Counted from the stretch's first letter, positions 19,644 to 29,691 are shown. The stretch: DNA of 36,011 nucleotides from Sanchytrium tribonematis (GCA_018985235.1 JADGIG010000035.1:1-36011); one strand, 5' to 3'. Notes: a model not told the origin generated them from the sequence alone. Numbers and translations: made by a program.

Positions 19644-22600
19644 ATGATAGATCAGCAGTTTTACGATCTTCTGCAGAAAATAAATGCAAAAGACGGTCCT
19701 GTGGAGGTTGTACTTAGTCACATAAATAACACTGAATTTATAGAATTGCTAGACGCAGTCAAAGAAACATCTTTAAACGATGACTTTAAAGTTGGGATGG
19801 CTGCTATATTTAGTGGCTATACTATATCGGTCAAAGAGGTGACAATGCAGCAATTTGTTGACTATACTAGCGCGTGTATGTATTCATTTACAAATTACAA
19901 AATCAAACTGAAAACTCAAATTTTTGCAGAACAGTCTGAAAAGATCTTGAAAATTCAAAAGCATGGAGAGATCGAAGTTTTGAGGTCGAAAGTTGTAGAA
20001 CTTCAAAAGCATGTCGTTTCTTTGAGGAATACCAAAATCACAAATAATCAAAACCGGCGGGCTGGTGACCAATTACAAATTCTAAGCATTTTAAATTCTC
20101 TCTTGCTGAAGACCCCACTGTCAAATATCAGTGTATATTCTCACCCTTTACAAGAATATACCTTTGAATGGAAGATGAACAATACAGGTTTTAATTTTTC
20201 TTCAAAATTATACCCTGATGAGATATATACCATTGAAACACTTGTATTTTTATTAAGCCACATCAACGGGGATAATATGCTCATTTTGACCAGGATATTT
20301 GATGCATGTGGCCCCTTCTTTGCAAAATTCTCCGACAGATGTCATTTACTTAGCAGTAACCTGATAGTAAGCTCTTTAAAACGCTCCCTTCGTCGCAATA
20401 TATCGAGAAAACGGAGAAAATCAATTACCACAATGAGCTCTTTTACCCTCAGTAGAAGCGGTAGCGAAATCAGTTTGGCATCCATGAATTACCACGGCAA
20501 TTCAAAATTTCTTTATTCATATGTTGCCGTATTTGTTAAATTCTTTTTAAGCTATAAAAATGAGTTAATGCAACAAGACGATAATTTTCAAAGGAAAATG
20601 TTTCGATTCATGTTGTATTTTTTGGCATCAATTAATTTGGACGTACTCGAGAACTGTGGGACAGACAAAATATTATCATTTTCAGACCTTTCCGTAGTTT
20701 ATGAATTACTGCATCACTCTGCAAGAGATGAGAGCATTTTTAAAAAGATGATGCTCACAGAATCTCCAATGATATCGGCCGAAATTATGCACAATTTATA
20801 TCAGTTAGAGCTGCATATCAAGCGTCACAATAGTAATAATTTGATTTTAGTTCACGAATTCAATTTTGACACCCTTTACGATTTTTATCAACCAATTGCC
20901 TGTGAGCATATCGAGCAACTCGTATCTTACGATTTTTCAGTTTTTCATCCTGAATTACAAAATTATTTTGTATTTGAGATAGAACACAGGTTGGAAGGAT
21001 TATTTCAACATATTCAAGAAAGTATGCCAGAAGCGTATTTTATGCCACTCTTCTCTTTACTACACACTGGTGATATTCAATACTTTATTACTCATCACAA
21101 AATAATGAAATATCATCACAATTTATGGATTGACCCAAAATTATTTCTAACTATTTTAGTTATGATTTTTGAGCCTTTAAGATCTCCAGTATTTGGTCAA
21201 GCTTTGGTTTTATTGCAATTTTATCATTATTGTGCACCCACTACTGTCAATTTCGACAAAATTGCAGATATATTTGATCTTGATTGTGACCCTCTCATTT
21301 TTGCAATTTTGATGCAACTTTTTCAAAAATTATTTTTACTAAAAAGGAAACAAAAAGTTTTTTTGTACGAATTGTTGAAGCAGGCCATTAAGTACAAACA
21401 TGCTTCAATTGACATATCTCCGATAACTCAAATTTATGAAAATCATGCTCCAGAGTTGCTTGTAGATATCCAGAAATTTCCCAAGCACACTCTGGACCAC
21501 TTAATAGAAACCATTTCAATAGCATTTGTTCACTGTGATAAATCGCAATTAGAAGAATTGCTAGACATCTGTAATGATTTGCTTTGGGACCATCCAACTA
21601 TTGCAAGTTTCATTTTTCAGCTATTCGATAAATTTCCAAAGCAGGTGTACCGCTATTACGTTAATTATGGAAAGAACAGCAATGCTGCATTTATACTATT
21701 TCATTATAGAAACTACTTGAATACTAAACAAAAATTACTTAAGAATCAACTTTTATTTATTCCCATTGAATTGGGCACCATGCAAGAAATTATGTATCCA
21801 AATTACCTTCAAGTTCTTAAACAAGAATATATGCAACTAAACACCGAAATTGTAGAAGACCCAGATGAAACTTTTCGACATTTGAAGTCCATGCCAACCA
21901 TTTCTACTCAAAACAAACCGATGCCTCATTTCCTAGGTCTTTTATTTCTTAGACTGAACAATCCTATTGTTTTAGAATTTATATGCAGAGATGATCCATT
22001 CTTTATTATAAAAGTTGCATTTATGGAAATAGAAAATTCGAATATTTGCTTTCTTTTAAACAAATTAATTTTGATAGATACCGTCGCCATGAATCAACTG
22101 TGTACCATTCTTTTGAACTACATTGTAGGATATCTGAGAAAATTGAAAGCACCGCCTCTCAGCGTTCTCATGCCAATGTGTGAACTGCTCACAAATTGTT
22201 TAAAATACGGAAATGCCATTAATTTAAAAGATTTGATTAAAAACAAAGTTGTGCACTATCTAATACCGTCAAATGAACAGCCATATACAGATATGGATAA
22301 TGAGCACAATTACATTTGCTTTAATAGCTGTCAAAATCTAAATATTTTTTATTTGAAGCACCACCAGCCTTTGCAATTGATTCCATGTGTCAAGGAATTT
22401 GAAACAACTTACTATTCTTCATTTTTGCTCGCCAATCTACATTCTACGTATATGCATTCTTTGCTACCACTTCTTCTCAGTCAAGATTTGAATATCATTC
22501 GAAATACGACTGGTTTTTTGTTGTTTTTGTTTCAAAAGCAGCCCTCTTTATTAGATGAAGTCATGTTGCAGCAAATTTGCACGCAATTATTATTATTAGA

Positions 22601-24041
22601 GATTAAAAACGATTTGATTAAGCAGTACAGTTACTATTTTATTTACCACGTCTATCAAATTCATTCTGATTATTTTATATTTGCTTGCATCTCTAGTAGT
22701 TGTGCCCAGATACATCAACCAATGATCAAGAGAGAAGATATGCCAGATATCCACCCAATTAACGTGTTTTTAGAAAATGTAATTGATGCTTTGAAATTTA
22801 ACCACCAGCAATTTGTTATTGAAAATATCAACAACCTTTTGGAAAATTTCAGAACTTCTCATTTTATACAAATAGAGCCTTTGCAGCAAGACGTCATTAA
22901 AGATGCTTTTACGCTGAATATGCTCACAAAATTACTTGTTAATTTAATTTGCGAGTTTAATTTTAAATCACCGCAATTAATGGGAATGTACAATATTGTT
23001 TGTCAAAATTTTGAAGATGAATGTTGCCAGCAAGGATTTGCCCAAGTCATGCATTTAATGGCCAAAAACATCAAGAAGATATATTTTAGAGAGTCCCAAC
23101 AAAGCAGAGAATTAATCGAATTTGCTTTTCAAAATCAGTGGCTCCATTTATCTATTTTAGCTGACGTTTTAGCTATTTTGAAAGTTTACTTGAAATATGC
23201 TCCTGTTATAAAACTTGGCGAATTTGAGATTCAGATGAAGGAATTTCACAATATTCATTACACTGACAATGACATTACTTCTATATTTACTGCAATGGTT
23301 GAAAGCAAGAATCCAAGTGTTATAGAAGTGCTATTTCGACTTTGCAAAAATCTCAAATGTGATTCATCTAGTTTTGAGCCAATTTATAAAGGAATTATTG
23401 AGAAGCAAAATCATTTGCTTTGGGTTTTGAAGATTATCTCGCCTGAAAATGTGGTAAAGCAAATGGATATTACGCCATCATATCAAAGTTTGATCGAAGT
23501 GTTGTTTCCTCTAGGCTACACACATGGAAATATTGAATTTATGAAATTATTAAGCAATTTTTTTAGTCCACTGCTAGGCCATCAATTATTGGTAATTTAC
23601 AAAACTTCAAATGTAAAACTAAATTCTGTAGAATTTGAGAAATATTATTTGCTGTTACTTCTTATTTGCGTTCAAAAATCATTAGCCAGTCCATCAAATT
23701 GCACGTTTTTTACAATTTTGTTTAACGAGCTAATTTCAAAATCAGATCATTATGATATTTTAGAACTTGGCAAACAATATGTCAAACTTTCCGCCGCTAA
23801 TTATTCTCAAACCCTTTTTATTCATGAGATCAAGCAATCAAAAATGAACAGAGCTCTGGTTCTTGCAGCCAGATTTAAAAAAGCATATCAATCCAGTAAA
23901 ATAATAGGCAGACGGGGCTTGACTGTTTACGACTGTCAGATGACGATTGACCAAGTGAACGAAGAATTATCTGATTTCATTCTGAAAGAATTTAAGCAGG
24001 AATCCATCCAAATACCAGCATTTTTAAAAGAAGATGCATGA
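19644..24041 (+). CDS. Large helical-repeat protein, UNC80-like (tentative)
   Basis: Intronless ORF of about 1465 aa. CRDDPFFII, ILLNYIVGYL and INLKDLIKNKV resemble UNC80 segments (CLxEDP, LFNYLVG, xFRDLK) recalled from memory. Confidence 0.45.
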   Translation: MIDQQFYDLLQKINAKDGPVEVVLSHINNTEFIELLDAVKETSLNDDFKVGMAAIFSGYTISVKEVTMQQFVDYTSACMYSFTNYKIKLKTQIFAEQSEKILKIQKHGEIEVLRSKVVELQKHVVSLRNTKITNNQNRRAGDQLQILSILNSLLLKTPLSNISVYSHPLQEYTFEWKMNNTGFNFSSKLYPDEIYTIETLVFLLSHINGDNMLILTRIFDACGPFFAKFSDRCHLLSSNLIVSSLKRSLRRNISRKRRKSITTMSSFTLSRSGSEISLASMNYHGNSKFLYSYVAVFVKFFLSYKNELMQQDDNFQRKMFRFMLYFLASINLDVLENCGTDKILSFSDLSVVYELLHHSARDESIFKKMMLTESPMISAEIMHNLYQLELHIKRHNSNNLILVHEFNFDTLYDFYQPIACEHIEQLVSYDFSVFHPELQNYFVFEIEHRLEGLFQHIQESMPEAYFMPLFSLLHTGDIQYFITHHKIMKYHHNLWIDPKLFLTILVMIFEPLRSPVFGQALVLLQFYHYCAPTTVNFDKIADIFDLDCDPLIFAILMQLFQKLFLLKRKQKVFLYELLKQAIKYKHASIDISPITQIYENHAPELLVDIQKFPKHTLDHLIETISIAFVHCDKSQLEELLDICNDLLWDHPTIASFIFQLFDKFPKQVYRYYVNYGKNSNAAFILFHYRNYLNTKQKLLKNQLLFIPIELGTMQEIMYPNYLQVLKQEYMQLNTEIVEDPDETFRHLKSMPTISTQNKPMPHFLGLLFLRLNNPIVLEFICRDDPFFIIKVAFMEIENSNICFLLNKLILIDTVAMNQLCTILLNYIVGYLRKLKAPPLSVLMPMCELLTNCLKYGNAINLKDLIKNKVVHYLIPSNEQPYTDMDNEHNYICFNSCQNLNIFYLKHHQPLQLIPCVKEFETTYYSSFLLANLHSTYMHSLLPLLLSQDLNIIRNTTGFLLFLFQKQPSLLDEVMLQQICTQLLLLEIKNDLIKQYSYYFIYHVYQIHSDYFIFACISSSCAQIHQPMIKREDMPDIHPINVFLENVIDALKFNHQQFVIENINNLLENFRTSHFIQIEPLQQDVIKDAFTLNMLTKLLVNLICEFNFKSPQLMGMYNIVCQNFEDECCQQGFAQVMHLMAKNIKKIYFRESQQSRELIEFAFQNQWLHLSILADVLAILKVYLKYAPVIKLGEFEIQMKEFHNIHYTDNDITSIFTAMVESKNPSVIEVLFRLCKNLKCDSSSFEPIYKGIIEKQNHLLWVLKIISPENVVKQMDITPSYQSLIEVLFPLGYTHGNIEFMKLLSNFFSPLLGHQLLVIYKTSNVKLNSVEFEKYYLLLLLICVQKSLASPSNCTFFTILFNELISKSDHYDILELGKQYVKLSAANYSQTLFIHEIKQSKMNRALVLAARFKKAYQSSKIIGRRGLTVYDCQMTIDQVNEELSDFILKEFKQESIQIPAFLKEDA

Positions 24042-24089
24042 CTACAACAATAAAAGCATATGAATTATTACTCCGTCTTTCTCCTAAAA

Positions 24090-24728
24090 ATGCTTTCCGA
24101 ATTTTCGTGTCAAGTTGCATCTCGATTACCAACTCTCTTTGGTGATGTCTATCTACATTATTATGACAGTCATCATCTAGCCATCACGAAGCATTATAAA
24201 TCTTTATCACTTTTGAGAAATTATGAATTGTCACAGGACGAAACCATATTGCCACCAAATTATAAATTTAAAAATGGCATTACAAAAAATATTCCCAGAG
24301 TGAGAATACATTCATCTTGCTTCACAGGTGAGGTCCTTGGTTCCCTGCGCTGTGATTGTGGAGAGCAATTGGTGCAGGCTGTTGAAGATTGTGAATTAGT
24401 TATATATTTACACCAAGAAGGTCGAAATATAGGACTTTTGAATAAGCTCAGAGCTTACAACCTGCAAGATAAAGGACATGATACTGTTAGTGCAAATGTT
24501 GCTTTGGAATTACCAATTGATAGTCGCGAGTATAAAATGGCAGCATCAATGCTCGAGGACTTAGGGATTAAGCGCATAAAACTCATGACTAATAATCCAG
24601 AAAAGATAAATCAGATTGAGAGAAATGGTATAGAGGTTGAAAGGATTCCCAGTGTTGTTCATAATAGCCATCCAGAAATGGAACGTTATTTAGAAACAAA
24701 GAAACTGAAAATGTCACATCTTTTGTAA
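24090..24728 (+). CDS. RIB1: GTP cyclohydrolase II
   Basis: Motifs VRIHSSCFTGEVLGSLRCDCGEQL, YLHQEGRNIGLLNKLRAYNLQDKGHDTV, LMTNNPEK and YLETKKLKMSHLL. Start is 24090 or 24060. Confidence 0.95.
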   Translation: MLSEFSCQVASRLPTLFGDVYLHYYDSHHLAITKHYKSLSLLRNYELSQDETILPPNYKFKNGITKNIPRVRIHSSCFTGEVLGSLRCDCGEQLVQAVEDCELVIYLHQEGRNIGLLNKLRAYNLQDKGHDTVSANVALELPIDSREYKMAASMLEDLGIKRIKLMTNNPEKINQIERNGIEVERIPSVVHNSHPEMERYLETKKLKMSHLL

Positions 24729-24804
24729 TTTGGTCTTTGAAATGCTAATATATAGAACTTAACATAATAAATTAATTTGGTTAATAGAAGTGTGGCACCC
24801 CTTT

Positions 24805-25062
24805 ATGACAAATAAGCGAGGTCCATTTTTACAAATTCCAAAGAGGAAGTCTTCCATCCCACCATTGTGTATACCGCAACTAAGTGCTATGTTGAGTTGC
24901 TGGTCTGCTTCAAGTCAAATACAATGTCAAGCACAAACAAAAGATTTTTTAGATTGCATGAAAACTTCTAATTCGAAAAAGAAAGTTATTCCCCCAGATA
25001 CAAACAAATCACTTCGAAAGTATGGAATACCGCAGCTCAATATTCCAAGATACAATAAATAA
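24805..25062 (+). CDS. Twin CX9C protein, mitochondrial ribosomal mS37 (Mrp10/CHCHD1)-like
   Basis: C-x9-C (CIPQLSAMLSC) followed by W, then a second C-x9-C (CQAQTKDFLDC); basic flanks. Confidence 0.7.
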   Translation: MTNKRGPFLQIPKRKSSIPPLCIPQLSAMLSCWSASSQIQCQAQTKDFLDCMKTSNSKKKVIPPDTNKSLRKYGIPQLNIPRYNK

Positions 25063-25071
25063 TAATACATT

Positions 25072-25692
25072 TTATTTTGTTTTGAAAATGGTGTCATTTT
25101 TGTGAACAAATCCTTTCTCTGAAAAGACTTTCAGAATTAACTCAACCTTCTCATCGCTTAATGGTAATTTTTCTTTCAAATCATCTATCTCCCATTTGTC
25201 TTGTTGCTGCAACGTATTGTAAACCAGCGTTACTTGGTTTTTGGCCTCAGCTTGTCTGAATACATCCGGTAATAATTGAATATCAAATTTTCGTTTAATC
25301 GGAGTCACTATACTATTTGGAGAAGACATGGCAGTACTTGGAGTGTATTTCGCAGCTGGCGTCCGAAAATAAGGTATTCTAGGCATCGAATGGCTACTTC
25401 CAGTTGCAAAACTTTCATCGTGTTTGGGTAATGGAGTCTTGAAATTAGGCAAACTGGGTATATCGCTACTTCTGGGCCTTCTCTTTTGAGCTTCGGGTGT
25501 TTTAGGCTCTGGTGTATAAAATTCTTGTTTTTGATCAGTTATTGGAGTCACTTGCAGTTGTTGAAATTGTTTTGTTGTATCTAGCCGTTCTTTGAGAGTC
25601 TCCAGTTCACGCTTAATAACTAGAAGATCTTGCTCGTATTCTGCATAATCGTTTTTTATTAAAACATCGATTCCAGTGAGTATTGCATCCAT
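25072..25692 (-). CDS. Hypothetical protein: N-terminal coiled coil, S/T-P-rich linker, C-terminal winged-helix-like domain
   Basis: 206-aa ATG ORF filling the space between neighbouring genes; eight S/T-P sites. Confidence 0.65.
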   Translation of the reverse strand: MDAILTGIDVLIKNDYAEYEQDLLVIKRELETLKERLDTTKQFQQLQVTPITDQKQEFYTPEPKTPEAQKRRPRSSDIPSLPNFKTPLPKHDESFATGSSHSMPRIPYFRTPAAKYTPSTAMSSPNSIVTPIKRKFDIQLLPDVFRQAEAKNQVTLVYNTLQQQDKWEIDDLKEKLPLSDEKVELILKVFSEKGFVHKNDTIFKTK

Positions 25693-25744
25693 TTAAAATT
25701 TCCTTGTTTGAAAAATTGAATGTTTTTCAAAATAGTGAGTCACA

Positions 25745-27544
25745 TCAGTCCTTTTTCATCAACTGCATGAAAACTTCTTGCGAGATTCTGACTTGGCCTA
25801 TTGCTTTTAGCTTTTTCTTACCTTCCTTCTGCCGCTGTAGCAATTTCATTTTTCTTGTTTGGTCTGATCCACTTTTAATTTTTGCCGTAACGTCTTTTCT
25901 ATAAGCATTAATTTTTTCTCTGGCTAAAATCTTTTTTCCAACTGCAGCTTGAATAATGATTTCAAATTGTTGTCGATCCAACAAATCTTTCAGCTTCTTT
26001 GTTATGATTCTCGCAGTGTATTCAAGAGACTGTCTATGGATGATGCAACTAAGTGTATCTGTAACTTTTCCATTGATCAAAATATTCAATTTTACCATGT
26101 CAGATTTTACAAAGCCAGCTTCATCGTAAGTCAGACTTGCGTAGCCAGAACTATATGATTTTAATTTGTCATGAAAATCTAACGCTATTTCTGCTAAGGG
26201 AAGGGTACAACGAATCAACAACTGCTTTTCGAGATATTTCTGTTCTATTAATGTTCCTCTGCGGCTAAATATTAATTCGTTGATATCCCCTTCATAGTCT
26301 GCAGGTGTAACAATTTCAGCTGTAACCACTGGCTCAGTTATGTGGGAAATTTTTGCTAGTTCGTTAGCTTCAGGAAAGTCGGATGGAGAGTCGATTGCTT
26401 TGACGGACCCGTCCTTGTATTCCACTTGATATCTGACATTTGGAGTTGTACAGATGGCGTCGACCATATATTCGTCTTTAAGCCTGGAAACAAATATCTC
26501 CATATGCAAGGAACCCAAGAAACCTAATCGAAACCCTTGCCCGAGACTGCTTGAACTTTCTTTTTGAACAACCACGCTGGAATCATTCAAAATTAGTTTG
26601 GAAATGCTTTCGTCTAACTTTTTAAAGTCATTATTATCTATCGGGAAACACCCACAGAAAACCATTGGCTTCATGGGTTTAAATCCAGGTAACGCTTCAA
26701 CTGGAATTCCTACTTCGAAAAATGTGTCTCCGACTAATGCTTCTTTGATTTCACGCATATTTGGTATTATGTAGCCCACCTGCCCAGCAAATAATTCTTT
26801 TGTTCTGATTTCCTCAGGCGAGAAAATACCAATTTGACGAATCTCATAAGACTTACCAGATGCGCAAGATTCCAGCATCATTCCTTCCCTGATACTTCCA
26901 CCGCGTATGTTTACAAGACAAACTACTCCATTATATTGATCAAACCACGAATCCATCAAGGTTACTTTTACCGGATCACGCCTGTCAACTTTAGGAGGAG
27001 GAATATTTGAAGTGACAGCTTCCAATACTTTGTCCACATTCACATTGTTTTTGGCAGAAGTATATATGATAGATTCTAAAGGTATGTTGAAGACTTCATT
27101 TATACTTAGAGCACACCGATCTGGATCTGCCAAAAGATTGTCAATTTTGTTCACTACAGGTATGATTTTATGATGTGTCAGCAATCTGTGATTTGCAACT
27201 GTCTGGGCTTGTATACCTTTGACGGCATCCACGACTAGTATGACACCATCACAACTTTCCAAAGATTTGCGTACTTCATAATTAAAATCGACGTGTCCTG
27301 GAGTATCAATCAAGTTGAGTAAATAGCCATTATAGAACATAGAAGCTGTTTGAGCTTTTACGGTGATTCCTCTTTGTCGCTCAACCAACAATTTATCAAG
27401 ATATTGTTTCTTGGCATCCATTGGCAAGCACCCAGTTAATTTCATAAGAGCATCGCTAAGAGTAGACTTACCATGATCAATGTGAGCAATAATTGCAAAG
27501 TTTTTAATTTTTGTAGGCATGATATTTTTAAGTTTTGAGATCAT
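25745..27544 (-). CDS. GUF1: Mitochondrial translation factor GUF1 (LepA/EF4)
   Basis: Motifs NFAIIAHIDHGKSTL, ERQRGITVKAQ, LIDTPGHVDF, NKID, GFRLGFLGSLHM and RKMKLLQRQKEGKKK. First ATG at 27544. Confidence 0.96.
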   Translation of the reverse strand: MISKLKNIMPTKIKNFAIIAHIDHGKSTLSDALMKLTGCLPMDAKKQYLDKLLVERQRGITVKAQTASMFYNGYLLNLIDTPGHVDFNYEVRKSLESCDGVILVVDAVKGIQAQTVANHRLLTHHKIIPVVNKIDNLLADPDRCALSINEVFNIPLESIIYTSAKNNVNVDKVLEAVTSNIPPPKVDRRDPVKVTLMDSWFDQYNGVVCLVNIRGGSIREGMMLESCASGKSYEIRQIGIFSPEEIRTKELFAGQVGYIIPNMREIKEALVGDTFFEVGIPVEALPGFKPMKPMVFCGCFPIDNNDFKKLDESISKLILNDSSVVVQKESSSSLGQGFRLGFLGSLHMEIFVSRLKDEYMVDAICTTPNVRYQVEYKDGSVKAIDSPSDFPEANELAKISHITEPVVTAEIVTPADYEGDINELIFSRRGTLIEQKYLEKQLLIRCTLPLAEIALDFHDKLKSYSSGYASLTYDEAGFVKSDMVKLNILINGKVTDTLSCIIHRQSLEYTARIITKKLKDLLDRQQFEIIIQAAVGKKILAREKINAYRKDVTAKIKSGSDQTRKMKLLQRQKEGKKKLKAIGQVRISQEVFMQLMKKD

Positions 27545-27720
27545 ATTAACAAAATTATTGTCAAAGTTGACAATAGATTTCAAGGAGTGTTGAAATGCAC
27601 AAGCTTGTCAACAGATAAATAATCTTATCATAAAGTTCGATATAATCATAATTGACATTTCTTTCGATTACTATCGTGAGATTTGTTGATCAGTAGAGAT
27701 CTAAATTTAAACTCCTTGAA

Positions 27721-28320
27721 ATGTTATTATGGGCTTTTCCCGTCACTACTTTTGGATTAGGCACTTGGCAGGTATATAGATATTATTGGAAGAAAAATTT
27801 AATAAAAAAAGCAGAGGAAAGTTTAAGGAAAGATCCAGTTGATGGGTTGACCACGGAGGAATATCGTAAAATGAAATTAAATGGAATCATGCATGAAGAA
27901 TTAATACCTGTAAACGGAATTGAAGGTGGTATTCGCGGCAATTATATAATCCAGCCATTTACACTAAAAGACGGAACTCGAATTTTGGTACAACGAGGTT
28001 TTATTCGAGATAATGGAAATTTAACAACATCTAGTGACGAGGGTATAGTTTTAAGAAATGAAAAGCAAGGCTTTAGGCCTGATAATACTCCTAAAAATTG
28101 GTATTGGAAAGATGTTGATAACATTGCAAGATTATTTCAAACCCAGCCAGTTTTGGTGGGAATGGTCAAGACTCCGGAGCACAGGGCAGGGATTGTCCCC
28201 AAGCCGTCTTACCATAATAACCATATGCAATACATAATTACTTGGTTCTCGATATCGGCCATTACAAGCCTAATGCTCTGGAATAGAAGAAAGCCAATTT
28301 TATATAAAAGATCATTTTAA
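27721..28320 (+). CDS. SHY1: SURF1/Shy1 cytochrome c oxidase assembly factor (short form)
   Basis: Motifs FGLGTWQVYR..WK, ILVQRGF, WYWKDV and NNHMQYIITWF. Confidence 0.92.
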   Translation: MLLWAFPVTTFGLGTWQVYRYYWKKNLIKKAEESLRKDPVDGLTTEEYRKMKLNGIMHEELIPVNGIEGGIRGNYIIQPFTLKDGTRILVQRGFIRDNGNLTTSSDEGIVLRNEKQGFRPDNTPKNWYWKDVDNIARLFQTQPVLVGMVKTPEHRAGIVPKPSYHNNHMQYIITWFSISAITSLMLWNRRKPILYKRSF

Positions 28321-28353
28321 TTACTTTTTATTATTTGGATTTTTGATGGGCAT

Positions 28354-28497
28354 TCACATAATGGTGCATCCGCCTTGTTGAATTTCGTGTCCCTCATTTG
28401 AGGCAGTTCCTGGTATAGGTGGTGATGCTGGTGTATTAGGGCTGGGAATCGAAATTGGAATAGCTGACATTGAAAGCATTAATAATTGCGTCTTCAT
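28354..28497 (-). CDS. Small ORF ending in a CaaX motif (MKTQLLMLSMSAIPISIPSPNTPASPPIPGTASNEGHEIQQGGCTIM); candidate prenylated peptide or pheromone precursor
   Basis: 47 codons, with alternative ATGs at 28479 and 28470. Below the ORF-track cutoff; GC-richer than its flanks. In-frame stop upstream, CCAAT box at 28535-28542 and AATAAT/AATAAA downstream. Confidence 0.6.
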   Translation of the reverse strand: MKTQLLMLSMSAIPISIPSPNTPASPPIPGTASNEGHEIQQGGCTIM

Positions 28498-28606
28498 TTG
28501 ATTTGGAACCGGCAATAGATATCATGATCAAGTTTGATTGGAAAGAAACCTGCACAAAATGTCACAATAGGAAAGTACAAGAATAAAGTATTTTGAGCCA
28601 AGATAT

Positions 28607-29540
28607 TTATTTTGTAAATGCCAATAAATCTACCATAGTTTTTAATGTCAAATCTAAGTTTTCTTGAATAGATTCATTTGCAGCATCCCTCAAATGTCTT
28701 TTTGGGTCTTGTTTGCCAACGTGTCTAGACTGCAATTCTTCCTCTGTCATTTTCAGTTCTTCTTGGACTGATTTGTTGTATAATTCTGCCAATTTGAGCA
28801 TATGCGTCATTTGTTCAGCGGTGTGTTTGTTATGTGTTTCCATATCTTTTTGAAATTTAAGAGGATATGACCATTCTTTTTGGTGCACATTAAGCAGCAT
28901 TTTTTCTTCTAGTTCATTTTTCTTGTATGATATTGGCATCGAGTAATAGTGTCTATTCAAACCGTGCACCAAAGCCTAAGTTATTTCTAATTACTTGTAT
29001 TGAAGGCTTATTCAAATGACCAAGATTGCTGCTGGTTTGTCTCGCTTCTTGTCCAGTCATCATGGTCTGCGGGCTAATTAAACGAAATGCATCTATAACA
29101 ACTTTCCCTGGAACACTTTGAATAGGGTCAACTACGACGGCAACGGCACGATTGTTTAGTTGTTCAAATGATTGCTGGGTATTAATGTCAACACTACTCA
29201 ACCAACATCCAAATCCGGGATGTGAGTGGTACCAACCAACTACATTTTCCGGCCTACCAGTCAGTTTTAACATATCCATCATTTGAGTTTGAAAAACTGG
29301 ATCCACAGCTTCAACGCTGACACCAGTGCCGCTTTGAGGCATGGCAAAAACATCGATAACCTGGACTGTGTACTCGTCAACAAATTCTCCAAGCATCAAT
29401 CCCATCACTTCCATTGGAACTCCGGCACGACCATGCTTCAACATTTTTAATAATGCTAGGGAGGATATGTATATGGTTTCTGAAGTATCTGTATCTACAG
29501 CAGCAGCACCTTGTTGGCCAAATAAACTATTAAAATCCAT
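28607..29540 (-). CDS. RPN11: 26S proteasome lid deubiquitinase Rpn11; exons 29540-28995 and 28975-28607 (304 aa)
   Basis: [25 protein letters not shown] and JAMM motif [17 protein letters not shown]. Splicing gives the canonical [17 protein letters not shown]. Confidence 0.97.
28976..28994 (-). other. 19-nt spliceosomal intron GTAATTAGAAATAACTTAG in RPN11
   Basis: GT-AG ends, phase 0; removal restores the near-invariant [13 protein letters not shown] with no residue gained or lost. Confidence 0.92.
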
Positions 29541-29657
29541 TGTTACAAAAATTATTGGCAAAACAAATTGAAATTGTTGAGAAAGACTCTAAACTGTAAG
29601 TATAGCCTAATTTTCTCAGCTAATTTATTGTAGTCTGATCAAACATGTGAATAAAGC

Positions 29658-29691
29658 AGCCAATCATTACGCAATTTTCAACTGCCAATCA
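29658..29691 (+). promoter_or_regulatory. Two CCAAT boxes (AGCCAATCA, TGCCAATCA) upstream of RPN11
   Basis: Two GCCAATCATT copies 25 bp apart. Confidence 0.5.
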
